64,000 bases of DNA from an uncultured Gemmatimonadales bacterium. GTDB taxonomy: Bacteria; Gemmatimonadota; Gemmatimonadetes; Gemmatimonadales; GWC2-71-9. Shown here piece by piece: positions 44,530 through 54,199 of the stretch; within the stretch, counting starts at the first letter, position 1; each line of letters begins with the position of its first letter. A program made the translations under genes and the position numbers. Under the pieces are notes generated by a model, which was not told the DNA's origin, did not search any database, and saw only the letters and a list, made by a program, of their open reading frames with translations. The DNA lies in assembly GCA_963739455.1 (NCBI GenBank), contig CAVUAK010000001.1, positions 96,001 through 160,000 on the forward strand, read 5' to 3'.

Positions 44530-45735
44530 TCATGATTCCGAAAGCGCGAACGTCTCATCCAGCCAGTCGAGAATGCGAAGGTTCGCCAGCGACCGGTTGC
44601 GCATCTCGCAGTGCTCCCCCGCGCCTTCCGCGCCGGTGAACCGCAAAAGCGTCTTGGGACACTTCAACTGTCCGAGCACCCTCTCCGCACCGTACGACAG
44701 TGGGTCATTCTCGGCGGTCGTCAGGAGCGTAGGACAGCGGATCTCGCCGTAGCGTCCCTCGAGCGTCATCGCCATGGTGGCCGCGATGAAGTCGGGCATG
44801 TTGTTGACCCCGTGCACCCAGAAACCGCGCTGTACAACGGTCCAGTGCATGCGGGCACTGCTGTTGATCGCCTTGTCCCAGAGCCCCGCGGGGACCGACG
44901 CAGGGTCGGCCGCCTGGGCCTCCGTCAGCCCGAACCGCATCAGCAGCTCGCGCGTCATGACGGCGCCAAGCCCCGGGTCGGCAATGCAGGCCGCGAGGCG
45001 CGGTTCCCCGCTCGCACCTCGAAGCGCCAGGTAGCCACCCAGGCTCAGGCCCATCAGCGCGATCCGCTTCGGGTCAACGTTCGAAAGGGTCAACGCAAAG
45101 TCCACCACCGGACGGACCACCGCCTCCCAGTCAGGACGCATCGGCAGGCCCTGCTCGATCAGCAATTCCCCCTGCCCAGGTCCGTCGAACCACAGGCAGT
45201 GATAGCCGCGCTCCGCGATGGCGGGGGCGGCGAAGAAATACAGCTCAGTTACCGTGGAGTCGTAGCCATCGTTGAGGATCACCAGCGGGCGACGCTCCGT
45301 CTCCCGTCCAGTCGCCGGGAGGAAGTACGCCGGCAACGTGGTGCCCTCGTACGGAATCCGCAGCGGCACAACCGGAACCGGCAGGAGCGCGAGCCCCTTG
45401 TTCGCGGTCGCGATCTGCGTGCGAAATGCCTGCACCAGGCGCGGATCCACAGGGAAACCGTACAGCGGATGGTACGAAGTCGCGTAGCAGGCGGCAGCTT
45501 GAAGGTAGAGACGGCTGGCGCTGTCGCGATGACCACGCGCCAGTACGTCGCCGGCTTCCGCCGCCAGGTTGTCACCCGCTGACATCCACGCATTGAAGTA
45601 GGCATTGCCATCGCCATCGCCCACCTGCTTCGCGACGGCGAGAATCACCCCGACATCCACCCCGCCATTCGCAGTGTAGGCGAGTGGCCAGGTGCCGAAC
45701 TCGTCCAGCAGGTCGTCCTTGAAGAACTGTCCCAT
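44530..45735 (-). CDS. Alpha/beta hydrolase (FrsA / 2,6-dihydroxypseudooxynicotine hydrolase-like)
   Basis: GYDS, FDGPGQG, RPDWE, GLSLGGY, AGEHCE. Confidence 0.85.
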   Translation of the reverse strand: MGQFFKDDLLDEFGTWPLAYTANGGVDVGVILAVAKQVGDGDGNAYFNAWMSAGDNLAAEAGDVLARGHRDSASRLYLQAAACYATSYHPLYGFPVDPRLVQAFRTQIATANKGLALLPVPVVPLRIPYEGTTLPAYFLPATGRETERRPLVILNDGYDSTVTELYFFAAPAIAERGYHCLWFDGPGQGELLIEQGLPMRPDWEAVVRPVVDFALTLSNVDPKRIALMGLSLGGYLALRGASGEPRLAACIADPGLGAVMTRELLMRFGLTEAQAADPASVPAGLWDKAINSSARMHWTVVQRGFWVHGVNNMPDFIAATMAMTLEGRYGEIRCPTLLTTAENDPLSYGAERVLGQLKCPKTLLRFTGAEGAGEHCEMRNRSLANLRILDWLDETFALSES

Positions 45736-45738
45736 GGT

Positions 45739-46890
45739 TTACCCTTCGCTTGAGGGTTTCCAGCCCAGTTGAAACTGCTCGAACCTGTGCAATGCCACTT
45801 CCACCTGCCCTCGAAGCGCGCGTGACTTGGCACCTCCGGCCCAGTTCCACCGCTGCACCAGCAGCTTCTGTCGCTGTCGGTCAGTCTTGAGGTCGAGCCC
45901 GGCAACGATCCGGTCCCCGACCAGCACCGGGCACACGAAATAGCCGAACACCCGCTTCTCCTTCGGGACATAGGCTTCGAACTGATAGTCGTAGTCGAAG
46001 AACAGCCGGAGTCGCTTCCGCTGGATGATCAGCGGGTCGAACGGCGACAGGATGTGAACCAGGTCCTGCGTCAGGTCGGGAAGACTCTCCAGCGTCTCCG
46101 GCCGCATCCAGTGCATCACCTTGCCCGCGCCCTCCCACTGCACCGGGATCAGCTCCTTCCGACGGGCTCGCGACGCAATCAGCCGCGTCATCGCCGGCTT
46201 CCGCGGGGCATCCAGGTGACACGCCGAATCCACGCTCACGATTCCCTGCGATCGGAGCGCACGGTCGAGAAGGTAATTCAGGGTGTCGCTGTCAGTCGCC
46301 GCCCGTGGCAGGCGCGCCAGGCCAAAATGTCGAGTCAGCAGTTCATACGTCTTGAGCATCCCCGACCGCTGGCTCACCGTCACCAGGCCCTTGTAGAACG
46401 CCACCTCCAGGATGCGCTTCGAGGGCTTGCGGCTCCCCCACGCATACTCCTTCTCTGCCACCACGTCCTTGTCGAGGTCGCGAATGGTGACCGCACCGTT
46501 CCTCCGGATCCGCGACACCACTCGGCGCAGGTCAGCGTCTGCCACCTTCTGGAACCACACACCGCGCTCCTCCCAGGCGCGGCGCATCGCACGCACGTAG
46601 AACGGCAGGCTCTTGATCGGCAGGTACGACAGGGCATGCGTCCAGTACTCGAAGACCGTCTTGTCGATGCTCTGTGCCTGGTGCAGGTGCTCGCGGTGAT
46701 ATGAGGGAATGCGCGTGTACAGGACGTGGTGATGGCTGCGCTCGATGACGTGGATGGTGTCGATCTGCAGGTAACCCAGGTGCACCACCGCAGCCGGTGT
46801 GGCCTGCGGGCCGGAGCCGAACGGCTCCACTGCGTCGAGGCGCTGCGCGTGCAGCCAGATCCTGCGCGCCTGGGCCGGGGTGAGTTCCAT
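45739..46890 (-). CDS. ycaQ: YcaQ/AlkZ-family (HTH_42) DNA crosslink glycosylase
   Basis: LQIDTI (QxD), RSHHHVL..R, FEYWTH, LSPFDPL, FEAYVP..KR.FGYF. Confidence 0.85.
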   Translation of the reverse strand: MELTPAQARRIWLHAQRLDAVEPFGSGPQATPAAVVHLGYLQIDTIHVIERSHHHVLYTRIPSYHREHLHQAQSIDKTVFEYWTHALSYLPIKSLPFYVRAMRRAWEERGVWFQKVADADLRRVVSRIRRNGAVTIRDLDKDVVAEKEYAWGSRKPSKRILEVAFYKGLVTVSQRSGMLKTYELLTRHFGLARLPRAATDSDTLNYLLDRALRSQGIVSVDSACHLDAPRKPAMTRLIASRARRKELIPVQWEGAGKVMHWMRPETLESLPDLTQDLVHILSPFDPLIIQRKRLRLFFDYDYQFEAYVPKEKRVFGYFVCPVLVGDRIVAGLDLKTDRQRQKLLVQRWNWAGGAKSRALRGQVEVALHRFEQFQLGWKPSSEG

Positions 46891-46909
46891 GGTGTAAGAT
46901 TACCACCTC
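46891..46909. promoter_or_regulatory. Putative bidirectional promoter in a 19-bp gap between divergent genes
   Basis: TAAGAT (+, 46895-46900) overlaps TGgTAATCT (-). Confidence 0.55.
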
Positions 46910-47920
46910 ATGCCTGGCCATCGGAGACTCTTGACGCGATCTCGTGTCGCTGCACTGTTGACATGTGCTCTTCTGGCCGGTCGATCACTTCCCGCGCAGG
47001 TCCTGCAGGTTGGCGACCTGAACAGCCGGCAGATCCTCGCACTCGACCGTGCGCGCACCGTTGTCATTCTTCAGGGCGGCATGCTCGAGGAACACGGCCC
47101 GTACCTGCCGGCCTTCACCGACGGTATCCTCAGCGCTCGCCTCACCACCGAACTCGCCGAGGGCATCGCGAAGGGTCGCCCCGGCTGGACCGTGCTCGTC
47201 TTTCCGCCGGTATCAGTCGGCGCCAGCGGCTCCAATGAGATCGGGCGACAGTACTCCTTTCCCGGCACCTACGCCGTGCGCCCCTCGACGTTGCGCGCGA
47301 CCTATGTCGACCTCGCCAACGAACTTGGCGAACAGGGCTTCCGCTGGATATTCATCGTGAATGTTCACGGCTCGCCCCTCCACATCGGCGCCCTCGATGA
47401 TGCCGGCGATTTCTTCCACGACACATACGGCGGGACGATGGTCAACCTCTGGGGACTGCTGAAGGTGCTCGGCGGCTGGGGAGGTGCCATGAGCGTCATG
47501 ACCCCGGCGGAGAAAACCGCCGATGGACTCTCCCTGCACGCAGGCATGGATGAACACAGCCTCATGCTGTACCTGCGCCCTGACCTCGTCTCGCCCGACT
47601 ACAAGAGCGCACCATCGGTGGCCGGCGCGAACTACGCCGAAGCCTTTGCCGTCGCTCAGCAGCCGGGATGGCCTGGCTATCTCGGCGCACCGAGCCTGGC
47701 GACGGCGGCTTTCGGTGAACGCATCTGGAAGGCGTTTGCCGCCGCAACGGTGCAGACCGCGGTCGAGATCCTGGACGGCAAGGACCCCGGCAGCTATCCC
47801 CGGTACCTCACCTATCTCAAGAAGCTGCCGCAATACCGCGCGTGGATCGACTCCAGCACGGCGCGGGACTCGGTCGCCGGGGCTCGCCTGGCCGAATCGC
47901 TCGCCCGCCGGGCACAGTGA
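46910..47920 (+). CDS. Creatininase-family amidohydrolase with signal peptide
   Basis: EEHGPYLP..TD, FPGT, NVHG, HAGMDE.S. Confidence 0.85.
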   Translation: MPGHRRLLTRSRVAALLTCALLAGRSLPAQVLQVGDLNSRQILALDRARTVVILQGGMLEEHGPYLPAFTDGILSARLTTELAEGIAKGRPGWTVLVFPPVSVGASGSNEIGRQYSFPGTYAVRPSTLRATYVDLANELGEQGFRWIFIVNVHGSPLHIGALDDAGDFFHDTYGGTMVNLWGLLKVLGGWGGAMSVMTPAEKTADGLSLHAGMDEHSLMLYLRPDLVSPDYKSAPSVAGANYAEAFAVAQQPGWPGYLGAPSLATAAFGERIWKAFAAATVQTAVEILDGKDPGSYPRYLTYLKKLPQYRAWIDSSTARDSVAGARLAESLARRAQ

Positions 47921-48714
47921 CCTTCTCGCGCAGGTACGGTTCGTGGGCCATCGTGGCCGGTGCCTCCGAGGGCATCGGCGCTGCCTTCGCCCACGCACTC
48001 GCGGCGAGGGGCCTCAACCTCGTCATCGTCGCGCGACGCGCACCGCCACTCGTCGCCCTCGCCGACGACCTCGAGACCCGCTACAAGGTCTCCGTCCAGC
48101 CTCTCGCGCTCGACCTCGCCGAGCCGGAGAGCATCGCGGAACTCCTCAGCGTCACCAGCGATCGGGAAATCGGACTCCTCGTCTGGAACGCCGCCCTCTC
48201 CGTCATGGGACCCTTCCTCGAACAGTCCCTCGAAGCCCATCTCATGGAGCTCGAGGTCAACGTCCGCTCCCCAATGACGGTCGTGCACGCGCTCGCGGGC
48301 AAGATGGTCGCGCGCAAGCGCGGCGGCGTCATCCTGCTCTCCTCGCTGAGTGGCATGCAGGGCACCGCCCTCGTTGCCAACTATGCGGCAACCAAGGCCT
48401 GGAATCGTGTGCTGGCGGAGGGACTCTGGTGGGAACTGGGAAAGAGCGGCGTGGACGTGCTCGCCTGCGTGGCCGGCGCCACCGACACCCCGGGCTATCG
48501 TGGCAGCGCGCCCCGGCCGGGATCAGATGGCAACGTGCCGGTGCAGTCACCCGATGCGGTGGCCGCTGAAGCCCTCGCCGCGCTGGGAAAGCGACCGAGC
48601 ATCATCACCGGCCGGAAGAATCGGCTTGCGGCGGCATTCCTGTCGCGCCTGCTGCCCCGGCGCGCCGCCGTGAAGCTCATGGGCCGCACCATGGATCGCA
48701 TGTACGGTGACTAG
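47917..48714 (+). CDS. Short-chain dehydrogenase/reductase
   Basis: YGSWAIVAGASEGIG, NAA, YAATK. Confidence 0.9.
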   Translation: MTFSRRYGSWAIVAGASEGIGAAFAHALAARGLNLVIVARRAPPLVALADDLETRYKVSVQPLALDLAEPESIAELLSVTSDREIGLLVWNAALSVMGPFLEQSLEAHLMELEVNVRSPMTVVHALAGKMVARKRGGVILLSSLSGMQGTALVANYAATKAWNRVLAEGLWWELGKSGVDVLACVAGATDTPGYRGSAPRPGSDGNVPVQSPDAVAAEALAALGKRPSIITGRKNRLAAAFLSRLLPRRAAVKLMGRTMDRMYGD

Positions 48715-48745
48715 GAAGCGCTAACCTCTACCGGGGAACTCAGTC

Positions 48746-49156
48746 ATGACCCACGGACATTGGCCCGTGATTCTGGGAGCGGCACTCGCCGCCTGGCTCA
48801 TCGGCGCCCTATGGTACTCGCCACTCCTCTTCGCCAGGGCCTGGGTCAAGGCACACGGTCACACCCCGGAAAAGCTGGCTGCGATGCGGGCGAACGCGGG
48901 TAAGGCCTACGCTGGATCCCTCCTCGCCTTCGTGCTGATCGCCTATGTGCTCCATCTCTTCCTGCATCGTCTGGGCGTGACCACCGCCGGTGGCGGCGTC
49001 GTATGGGGCTTCCATGCCTGGCTCGGCTTCGCGCTCCCCATCGGCTTCACCGCGAACCTCTACTCCGACAAGCCCGTCGCCACCTTCATCATCGACGCCG
49101 GATACCAGCTCGTCTATCTCGTCGTCATGGGTGCGATCCTGGGCCGCTGGGCATAG
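48746..49156 (+). CDS. DUF1761 membrane protein
   Basis: GALWYSPLLFARAW ... IDAGYQLV. Confidence 0.8.
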   Translation: MTHGHWPVILGAALAAWLIGALWYSPLLFARAWVKAHGHTPEKLAAMRANAGKAYAGSLLAFVLIAYVLHLFLHRLGVTTAGGGVVWGFHAWLGFALPIGFTANLYSDKPVATFIIDAGYQLVYLVVMGAILGRWA

Positions 49157-49802
49157 CGGCGACCGGGATCTCCTGCTCGCGCTTCCACGCGATGAAGGAG
49201 TACACCACCGAACCTAGCGCCGCGACCATCGCCGCCCCGAACGCAACGTAGAACGTCCACGCCGAGTTCAGGACGGCCGCGACCAGGAAGCACAGCCCGG
49301 CGAGCACGAACGCCACCCCGCCGAACCGGTGCGTCTTCCGCCACACCGTGTCACTGCTCAGCGTCCATGGTGTCCGGATTCCCATGAACCAGTTCGGTCG
49401 GACACGGCTCATCAGGTTCCCGATCACCAGGAACAGTCCGCCGATCCCGATGGACACCACCCGGCTCATGTTGATGTTCCATCCCAGTGCCTTGCCCAGC
49501 ACCAGAACGTGGACGCCGAGCAGCAAGAGCAGCGCCGAGTTCGCGACTGTCCAGTAGGTCGCGTTGAACAGGCTGTAGTTGGCCCGCCGCGGGTCGACCT
49601 TCGGCAGCAGCAGGAAGCTGCCGATCAGCAGCAGCGCGATTGCGGGCATGAGCAGCACCGCCACGAGGCGCGATGACCAGCCGTTCGGTTCACCCTGGAT
49701 ATCGAAATGCGTGGCCACCTCGGCCGGCAGGTGCGGATACGCCCAGAGTGAGAACGCCGTGGCCGCGGTGAGCACCAGCAGCGCAGGAATCAGCTTACGC
49801 AT
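49125..49802 (-). CDS. sdpI: SdpI-family immunity membrane protein (DUF1648 + SdpI)
   Basis: LPAEVATHF..GEPNGW, GN...RPNWFMGIRTPWTLSSDTVWRKTHR. Confidence 0.88.
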   Translation of the reverse strand: MRKLIPALLVLTAATAFSLWAYPHLPAEVATHFDIQGEPNGWSSRLVAVLLMPAIALLLIGSFLLLPKVDPRRANYSLFNATYWTVANSALLLLLGVHVLVLGKALGWNINMSRVVSIGIGGLFLVIGNLMSRVRPNWFMGIRTPWTLSSDTVWRKTHRFGGVAFVLAGLCFLVAAVLNSAWTFYVAFGAAMVAALGSVVYSFIAWKREQEIPVAAMPSGPGSHP

Positions 49803-50088
49803 TCTTTCCCTCCTTTTTCGACCGTCCACTCTTCCGCTGCCCCAGGTCCATCAGCTGCTGCACCACCTCCTGGAACACTGTCGTATTCAGCGAGTACCGG
49901 ATGAACTGCCCCTCCCGGATTGCCAGAACCAGCCCCGCTTCCTTCAGCGCCGCGAGATGGTGCGAAACCGACGCCCACGCAATCGGGAACTCCGCCGCAA
50001 TCTCGCCGGCCATGAGGTCCTGGTCCCGCAGCAGGGCCAGGATCTTTCGCCTGGTGGGGTCGGCGAGCGCCTTGTAGGTCTTGTCCAT
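49795..50088 (-). CDS. sdpR: ArsR-family autorepressor SdpR
   Basis: KALADPTRRKIL, AGEIA, SHHL..LKEAGLV, REGQFIRYSLNTTVFQE. Confidence 0.88.
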   Translation of the reverse strand: MDKTYKALADPTRRKILALLRDQDLMAGEIAAEFPIAWASVSHHLAALKEAGLVLAIREGQFIRYSLNTTVFQEVVQQLMDLGQRKSGRSKKEGKNA

Positions 50089-50093
50089 GCCCT

Positions 50094-50114
50094 AAGATAC
50101 TAAGACAAGTATCT
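50094..50114. promoter_or_regulatory. Probable SdpR operator overlapping the -10 element
   Basis: AGATACT-N6-AGTATCT inverted repeat in an AT-rich patch just upstream of the sdpR ATG. Confidence 0.6.
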
Positions 50115-50181
50115 AAATACCATCCTGCCAGCGGCCGCCCACCCCACCTCCCGGCAGGCCCATTCGAGGCTAGGCTTAGGC

Positions 50182-50706
50182 ATGAGACCGATCGCGAAAG
50201 TGGGCCTCGTCACCGGCGGCTACATCGTCGCCTTTCTCCTCGCATCGGCAGCTGTTGCCGCCAGGATCGCGACCACCAGCGGCCCCGTCGCCCAGGCATC
50301 GAGCGGCATGTACGCCTTCGGCGACGCCGTCCTCTTCGTCGCCATCTTCGGTGCCTGCGCCCTCGTGCCCACCGGCGCCGCCCTCATTTTCCTCCGCCCC
50401 TACCCTCGCTTCTGGACCGTGCTTGCGACGCTGGGCCTCGTCGTGGCGCTCACCGGTGTCGCCGCAGCGGTGCTCTTCGCCGCCGGCCACGACGCCGCGC
50501 CGTCGCGCCTCGCCACTTCGGCCCAGTTCTCGGTATTGAGGATCCTCGTTGCGCCGGTCCTCGCATTCACTTTTCTCGTCTGCACCGTCCTCTCGCCCTA
50601 TCGTCCCCAGCGGCTCGCCCTGTTCGCGGCGACGCTCATGGAGGCCGCGATAAGCGCGTACGGCATGTGGACCTGGTTCGTTCCCATGCTGCTCCACAGG
50701 TCCTAG
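50182..50706 (+). CDS. Hypothetical membrane protein
   Basis: 174 aa with about five hydrophobic segments. Confidence 0.65.
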   Translation: MRPIAKVGLVTGGYIVAFLLASAAVAARIATTSGPVAQASSGMYAFGDAVLFVAIFGACALVPTGAALIFLRPYPRFWTVLATLGLVVALTGVAAAVLFAAGHDAAPSRLATSAQFSVLRILVAPVLAFTFLVCTVLSPYRPQRLALFAATLMEAAISAYGMWTWFVPMLLHRS

Positions 50707-50709
50707 ACG

Positions 50710-51276
50710 GTGCCCATCGCCTCCCGTACCCAGTACTACACGGCTGCCACGCTCGACGGCTTCATCGCCGACGAGCACCATTCGCTCGACTGGCTCTTTC
50801 AGGTCGCCGAGCCCGGCAACGCAGATTATCCCGCGTTCATCAGCAAGGTGGGCGCGCTGGCGATGGGCGCGTCGACCTATGAATGGGTGCTCGCACACCT
50901 GAAGCAGTCGGGCGAACCGTGGCCCTATGAGCAGCCCTCGTGGGTCTTCAGCCATCACCCTCACCCGCCCGTGCCCGGTGCCGACGTCCGCTTCGTGCAG
51001 GGAGACGTCGCACCGGTGCACCGCGACATGCTGGCCACGGCCGGCGACCGGAATATCTGGGTCGTGGGTGGTGGAGACCTGGTGGGACAGTTCTTCGACG
51101 CAGGATTGCTCGACGAGATCATCGTCACCATCGCGTCGGTCACACTCGGTGCCGGCAAGCCCCTGCTGCCGCGCAGGATCCTCAGCTCATCACTCAGCCT
51201 GGCGTCCGCTGAGCGGCTCAACAGCGGCTTTGCGCAGCTCCGCTACAACGTCTCACCCGCAACGGCCAGAGCATGA
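50710..51276 (+). CDS. Dihydrofolate reductase / RibD C-terminal family protein
   Basis: [35 protein letters not shown]. Confidence 0.88.
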   Translation: MPIASRTQYYTAATLDGFIADEHHSLDWLFQVAEPGNADYPAFISKVGALAMGASTYEWVLAHLKQSGEPWPYEQPSWVFSHHPHPPVPGADVRFVQGDVAPVHRDMLATAGDRNIWVVGGGDLVGQFFDAGLLDEIIVTIASVTLGAGKPLLPRRILSSSLSLASAERLNSGFAQLRYNVSPATARA

Positions 51277-52269
51277 CGCCACTCTCGATTCTCGAACTCA
51301 CCCGCGTTGCTGAGGGCCGCTCCACGAGGGAGGCCCTTGATCACGCCCGCGATCTCGCGGCCCACGCCGAGGCCCTGGGCTATCGCCGCATCTGGATCGC
51401 CGAGCACCACAACTTCCCTGGTATCGCGAGCGCCGCGACGTTCCTCGTCATCGCGCACATTGCCGCCGGCACCCAGCGCATCCGCGTCGGCGCGGGCGGC
51501 ATCATGCTTCCCAATCACTCTCCCTACGTCATCGCCGAGCAGTTCGGGACCCTCGCACACCTCTTTCCCGGTCGCATCGACCTCGGACTCGGCCGAGCAC
51601 CCGGCACCGACGGTGTCACCCTCGGCGCACTGCGCCGCGCGCCCGCAGCGGCAGACACCTTTCCTGACGACGTCCGCGAGCTTCAGGGGTACCTGGCACC
51701 AGTGCAGCCCGGGCAACGCGTGCAGGCCGTGCCCGCCGCGGGGACCATGGTGCCCCTCTGGATTCTCGGGTCCAGCCTGTTCGGTGCCGCACTCGCCGCC
51801 GACCTTGGCCTTCCCTATGCCTTCGCATCGCACTTCGCCCCCGACCAGCTCTTGCCGGCGCTCGATCTCTATCGCCAGCGCTTCAAGCCATCAGCTGCAG
51901 CTCGAGCGGCCCTGCGCCATGGTCGGCGTGAACGTCATTGCCGCCGATACTGACGACGAGGCCAGGCGCCTGCACACATCGCAACAGGTGTCCTTCGTGC
52001 AGATCGTCCGGAATCGCAGGGGCCTGTTCCAGCCACCCATCGATGACATCGAGCAGTTCTGGTCACCCATGGAGAAGCTGCAGGCCACGCACATGCTGGC
52101 CCGTTCGGTTGTGGGCACACCGGACACCGTCCGCGCTGGCCTCGATGCGCTGGTAGCCGAGACTGGCGCAGATGAACTTATGATCGTATCTGACGTGTAC
52201 GACCACGCGGCGCGCCTGCGCTCCCTCGAGCACATCGCCGCGACCATGAGCGCGCCGGTGACCACATGA
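51273..52269 (+). CDS. LLM-class flavin-dependent oxidoreductase; apparent frameshift about 51895
   Basis: [54 protein letters not shown]. Confidence 0.9.
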
Positions 52270-52338
52270 TGCCGAACAGGCGGGGGAAGGGTATTCATTC
52301 GTCAGGCAGGCCGACCACACTCAGTGCAAGAGGGAAAC

Positions 52339-52818
52339 ATGCCGACCGCAGCCCCGATCACCCGCAAGGACCTCATCGCCGCCCTCAACCAGGACCTCGA
52401 GCGTGAGTACCAGGCCGTCATCGCGTACGTCGTCTACTCCCAGGTCCTCAAGGGCGCGCAATACATGAACATCGCGGGAGAACTCGAGAAGCACGCCCAC
52501 GAGGAACTCCAGCACGCCATTACCCTCGCCTACCAGATCGACTATCTCGGCGGCATGCCCGCTACGGTGCCGAAGCCGGTGCGCACGTCGAACAAGGCTA
52601 CGGACATGCTCAAGTTCGACCTCCAGGCCGAGGTCGACACCATTCGCAACTATCGTGAGCGGGTTCGTCAGTGTGAGGCACTGGGTGAGTACGCCATGGC
52701 CGAGCAGATTCGTGAAATCCTGGTCCAGGAGCAGGATCACTTGATCGCGCTGGCGACGGCGCTCGGTATCGACGCACCCGATCCCGGCAAGCCGGTGAAG
52801 GCGTCAAAGAGGAAGTAG
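52339..52818 (+). CDS. Ferritin-like (bacterioferritin-related) di-iron protein
   Basis: LN.DL..E..A...Y, EELQHA, E, QEQDH ferroxidase pattern. Confidence 0.8.
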   Translation: MPTAAPITRKDLIAALNQDLEREYQAVIAYVVYSQVLKGAQYMNIAGELEKHAHEELQHAITLAYQIDYLGGMPATVPKPVRTSNKATDMLKFDLQAEVDTIRNYRERVRQCEALGEYAMAEQIREILVQEQDHLIALATALGIDAPDPGKPVKASKRK

Positions 52819-52830
52819 GCTGGTGAATGA

Positions 52831-52856
52831 AAACCGGGAGGCAGCGGGCCTCCCGG
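52831..52856 (-). terminator. Intrinsic terminator hairpin between convergent genes
   Basis: CCGGGAGGC-N5-GCCTCCCGG preceded by AAAA (U-tract on the - strand). Confidence 0.6.
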
Positions 52857-52882
52857 AACGGATCGTAGGCTGTGGCTCCTCA

Positions 52883-52910
52883 CCCCTAACCCCTAACCCC
52901 TAACCCTCAA
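52883..52910 (+). repeat. (CCCCTAA)3 + CCCTCAA heptamer tract overlapping the regulator stop
   Basis: Read directly. Confidence 0.85.
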
Positions 52911-54032
52911 CTCTTTCCCCGGCCGCAACCCCGCCGCCGCCATCCGCCGGTACAGCGTACTCCGCGTTACCCCCAGCCGCTTCGCCGCCTCGTCCATCGT
53001 GCGACACTCCCGCACCGCCGCCACCAGCGCGCTCGCCCCACGCTCCACGGACCGCGCCCGCGGAATGATCACCCCCGCACCGATCGTCACACCGTTCACC
53101 ACGACCGGATGCACGATCGCGCCCAGCCCCTGTTCCAGCGGCACCATCAGTTCCCCTGCACCGGCATGCGACGTGAACTGAGTGGCCCGGAACACCTGCC
53201 GCGCCGTCGCCGCCGCGGACACCCCGTGCTCCGTGAGCATCTCTTCATGCACGGCACCGATCACCGTGCCCGCCCGGTCCACCGCGAGCGCCGTGTCGCC
53301 CGGCCACCGCCCGGTCAATTCGGCCAGCCGCCGCATCACCAGCGTGCGTCGCTCCGCTTCCCGCGCCCGCAGCATCTGCTCGATCGCCACCACCAGCGCC
53401 GCCGTGAGGCTCAGCGTGTGCGGGTGCGCCGAGTCGCGGAAACCGGAGATGTCCACCACGCCGCAGATCTCGCCGGTAAGCGGGTCCCGCACCGGCATCG
53501 CCGCGCAGTGCCATGCCTCCCAGCGCTCGCAGAAGTGCTCGGCGCCGACGATGTGCACCGGTCCGCCGGTTGCCAGGGCCGTCCCCGGGCCATTTGTTCC
53601 GACCGCCTCTTCGGCCCACAGCGCGCCGGGACGGAAATTGATCTCCGCCAGCCCGTCGAGGGCCCGCGGATCACCGTCACTCCAGAGCATCCGGCCCCGC
53701 GCATCGAAGAGGCTCAGGATGTGGCCGCCGTCGGCATAGGGTGCCGATGACGAGGCGACAGCGTGCCGGGCGTATGGCAGCCAATCGGAATGCTCGCGCG
53801 CCAGGCCGACATGATCGGCATCCCACACGATCGGCGCCTCCGGCATCGTGGGCGCCACCTGCTGCCGGATCGCCCGGTCCCAGGAGTCCCGCACCACCGG
53901 CCTCACCCCCGACGGCGACGTCCCCCGATGAAGCGCGAGGCCGCGCTGTTGTTCCACAGCCCGCTGCGCTGCTTTTCCGATTGGAAGTAGCTCTGGCTTC
54001 ACAAGCGTCGACCGTTGAGAGTCCGCATTCAT
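52893..54032 (-). CDS. AcoR-like GAF-domain regulator with Fis-type HTH and no AAA+ domain
   Basis: SWDR, GALWAEEAVGTNGPGTAL, GAEHF, C.A.PV.DP, D.SG; AAKRLGVTRSTLYRRM; no Walker A or GAFTGA. Confidence 0.82.
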   Translation of the reverse strand: MNADSQRSTLVKPELLPIGKAAQRAVEQQRGLALHRGTSPSGVRPVVRDSWDRAIRQQVAPTMPEAPIVWDADHVGLAREHSDWLPYARHAVASSSAPYADGGHILSLFDARGRMLWSDGDPRALDGLAEINFRPGALWAEEAVGTNGPGTALATGGPVHIVGAEHFCERWEAWHCAAMPVRDPLTGEICGVVDISGFRDSAHPHTLSLTAALVVAIEQMLRAREAERRTLVMRRLAELTGRWPGDTALAVDRAGTVIGAVHEEMLTEHGVSAAATARQVFRATQFTSHAGAGELMVPLEQGLGAIVHPVVVNGVTIGAGVIIPRARSVERGASALVAAVRECRTMDEAAKRLGVTRSTLYRRMAAAGLRPGKELRVRG

Positions 54033-54086
54033 CCCCGCCCTCCCCGCCCTCCCCGCCCTCCCCGCCTTCCCCGCCTTCCCCGCCTT
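54033..54086 (+). repeat. (CCCCGCCYT)6 abutting the regulator start codon
   Basis: Three CCCCGCCCT plus three CCCCGCCTT. Confidence 0.92.
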
Positions 54087-54199
54087 CCGCAACCTACCCC
54101 GATTCCCCCAGCCTGCGATACAAATGTCCCGGGCACCTCTAGCGCGCTTCCCCGGCACCTCCCATTATCGACCCATTCCACACAGCCTGGAGTCGTTAT

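Noticed and set aside
54131..54146. Sigma54 -24/-12 promoter for the aldehyde dehydrogenase
   Set aside because: GGCAC is present with GG-N10-GC spacing but no TTGC, and the adjacent regulator lacks the AAA+ domain.
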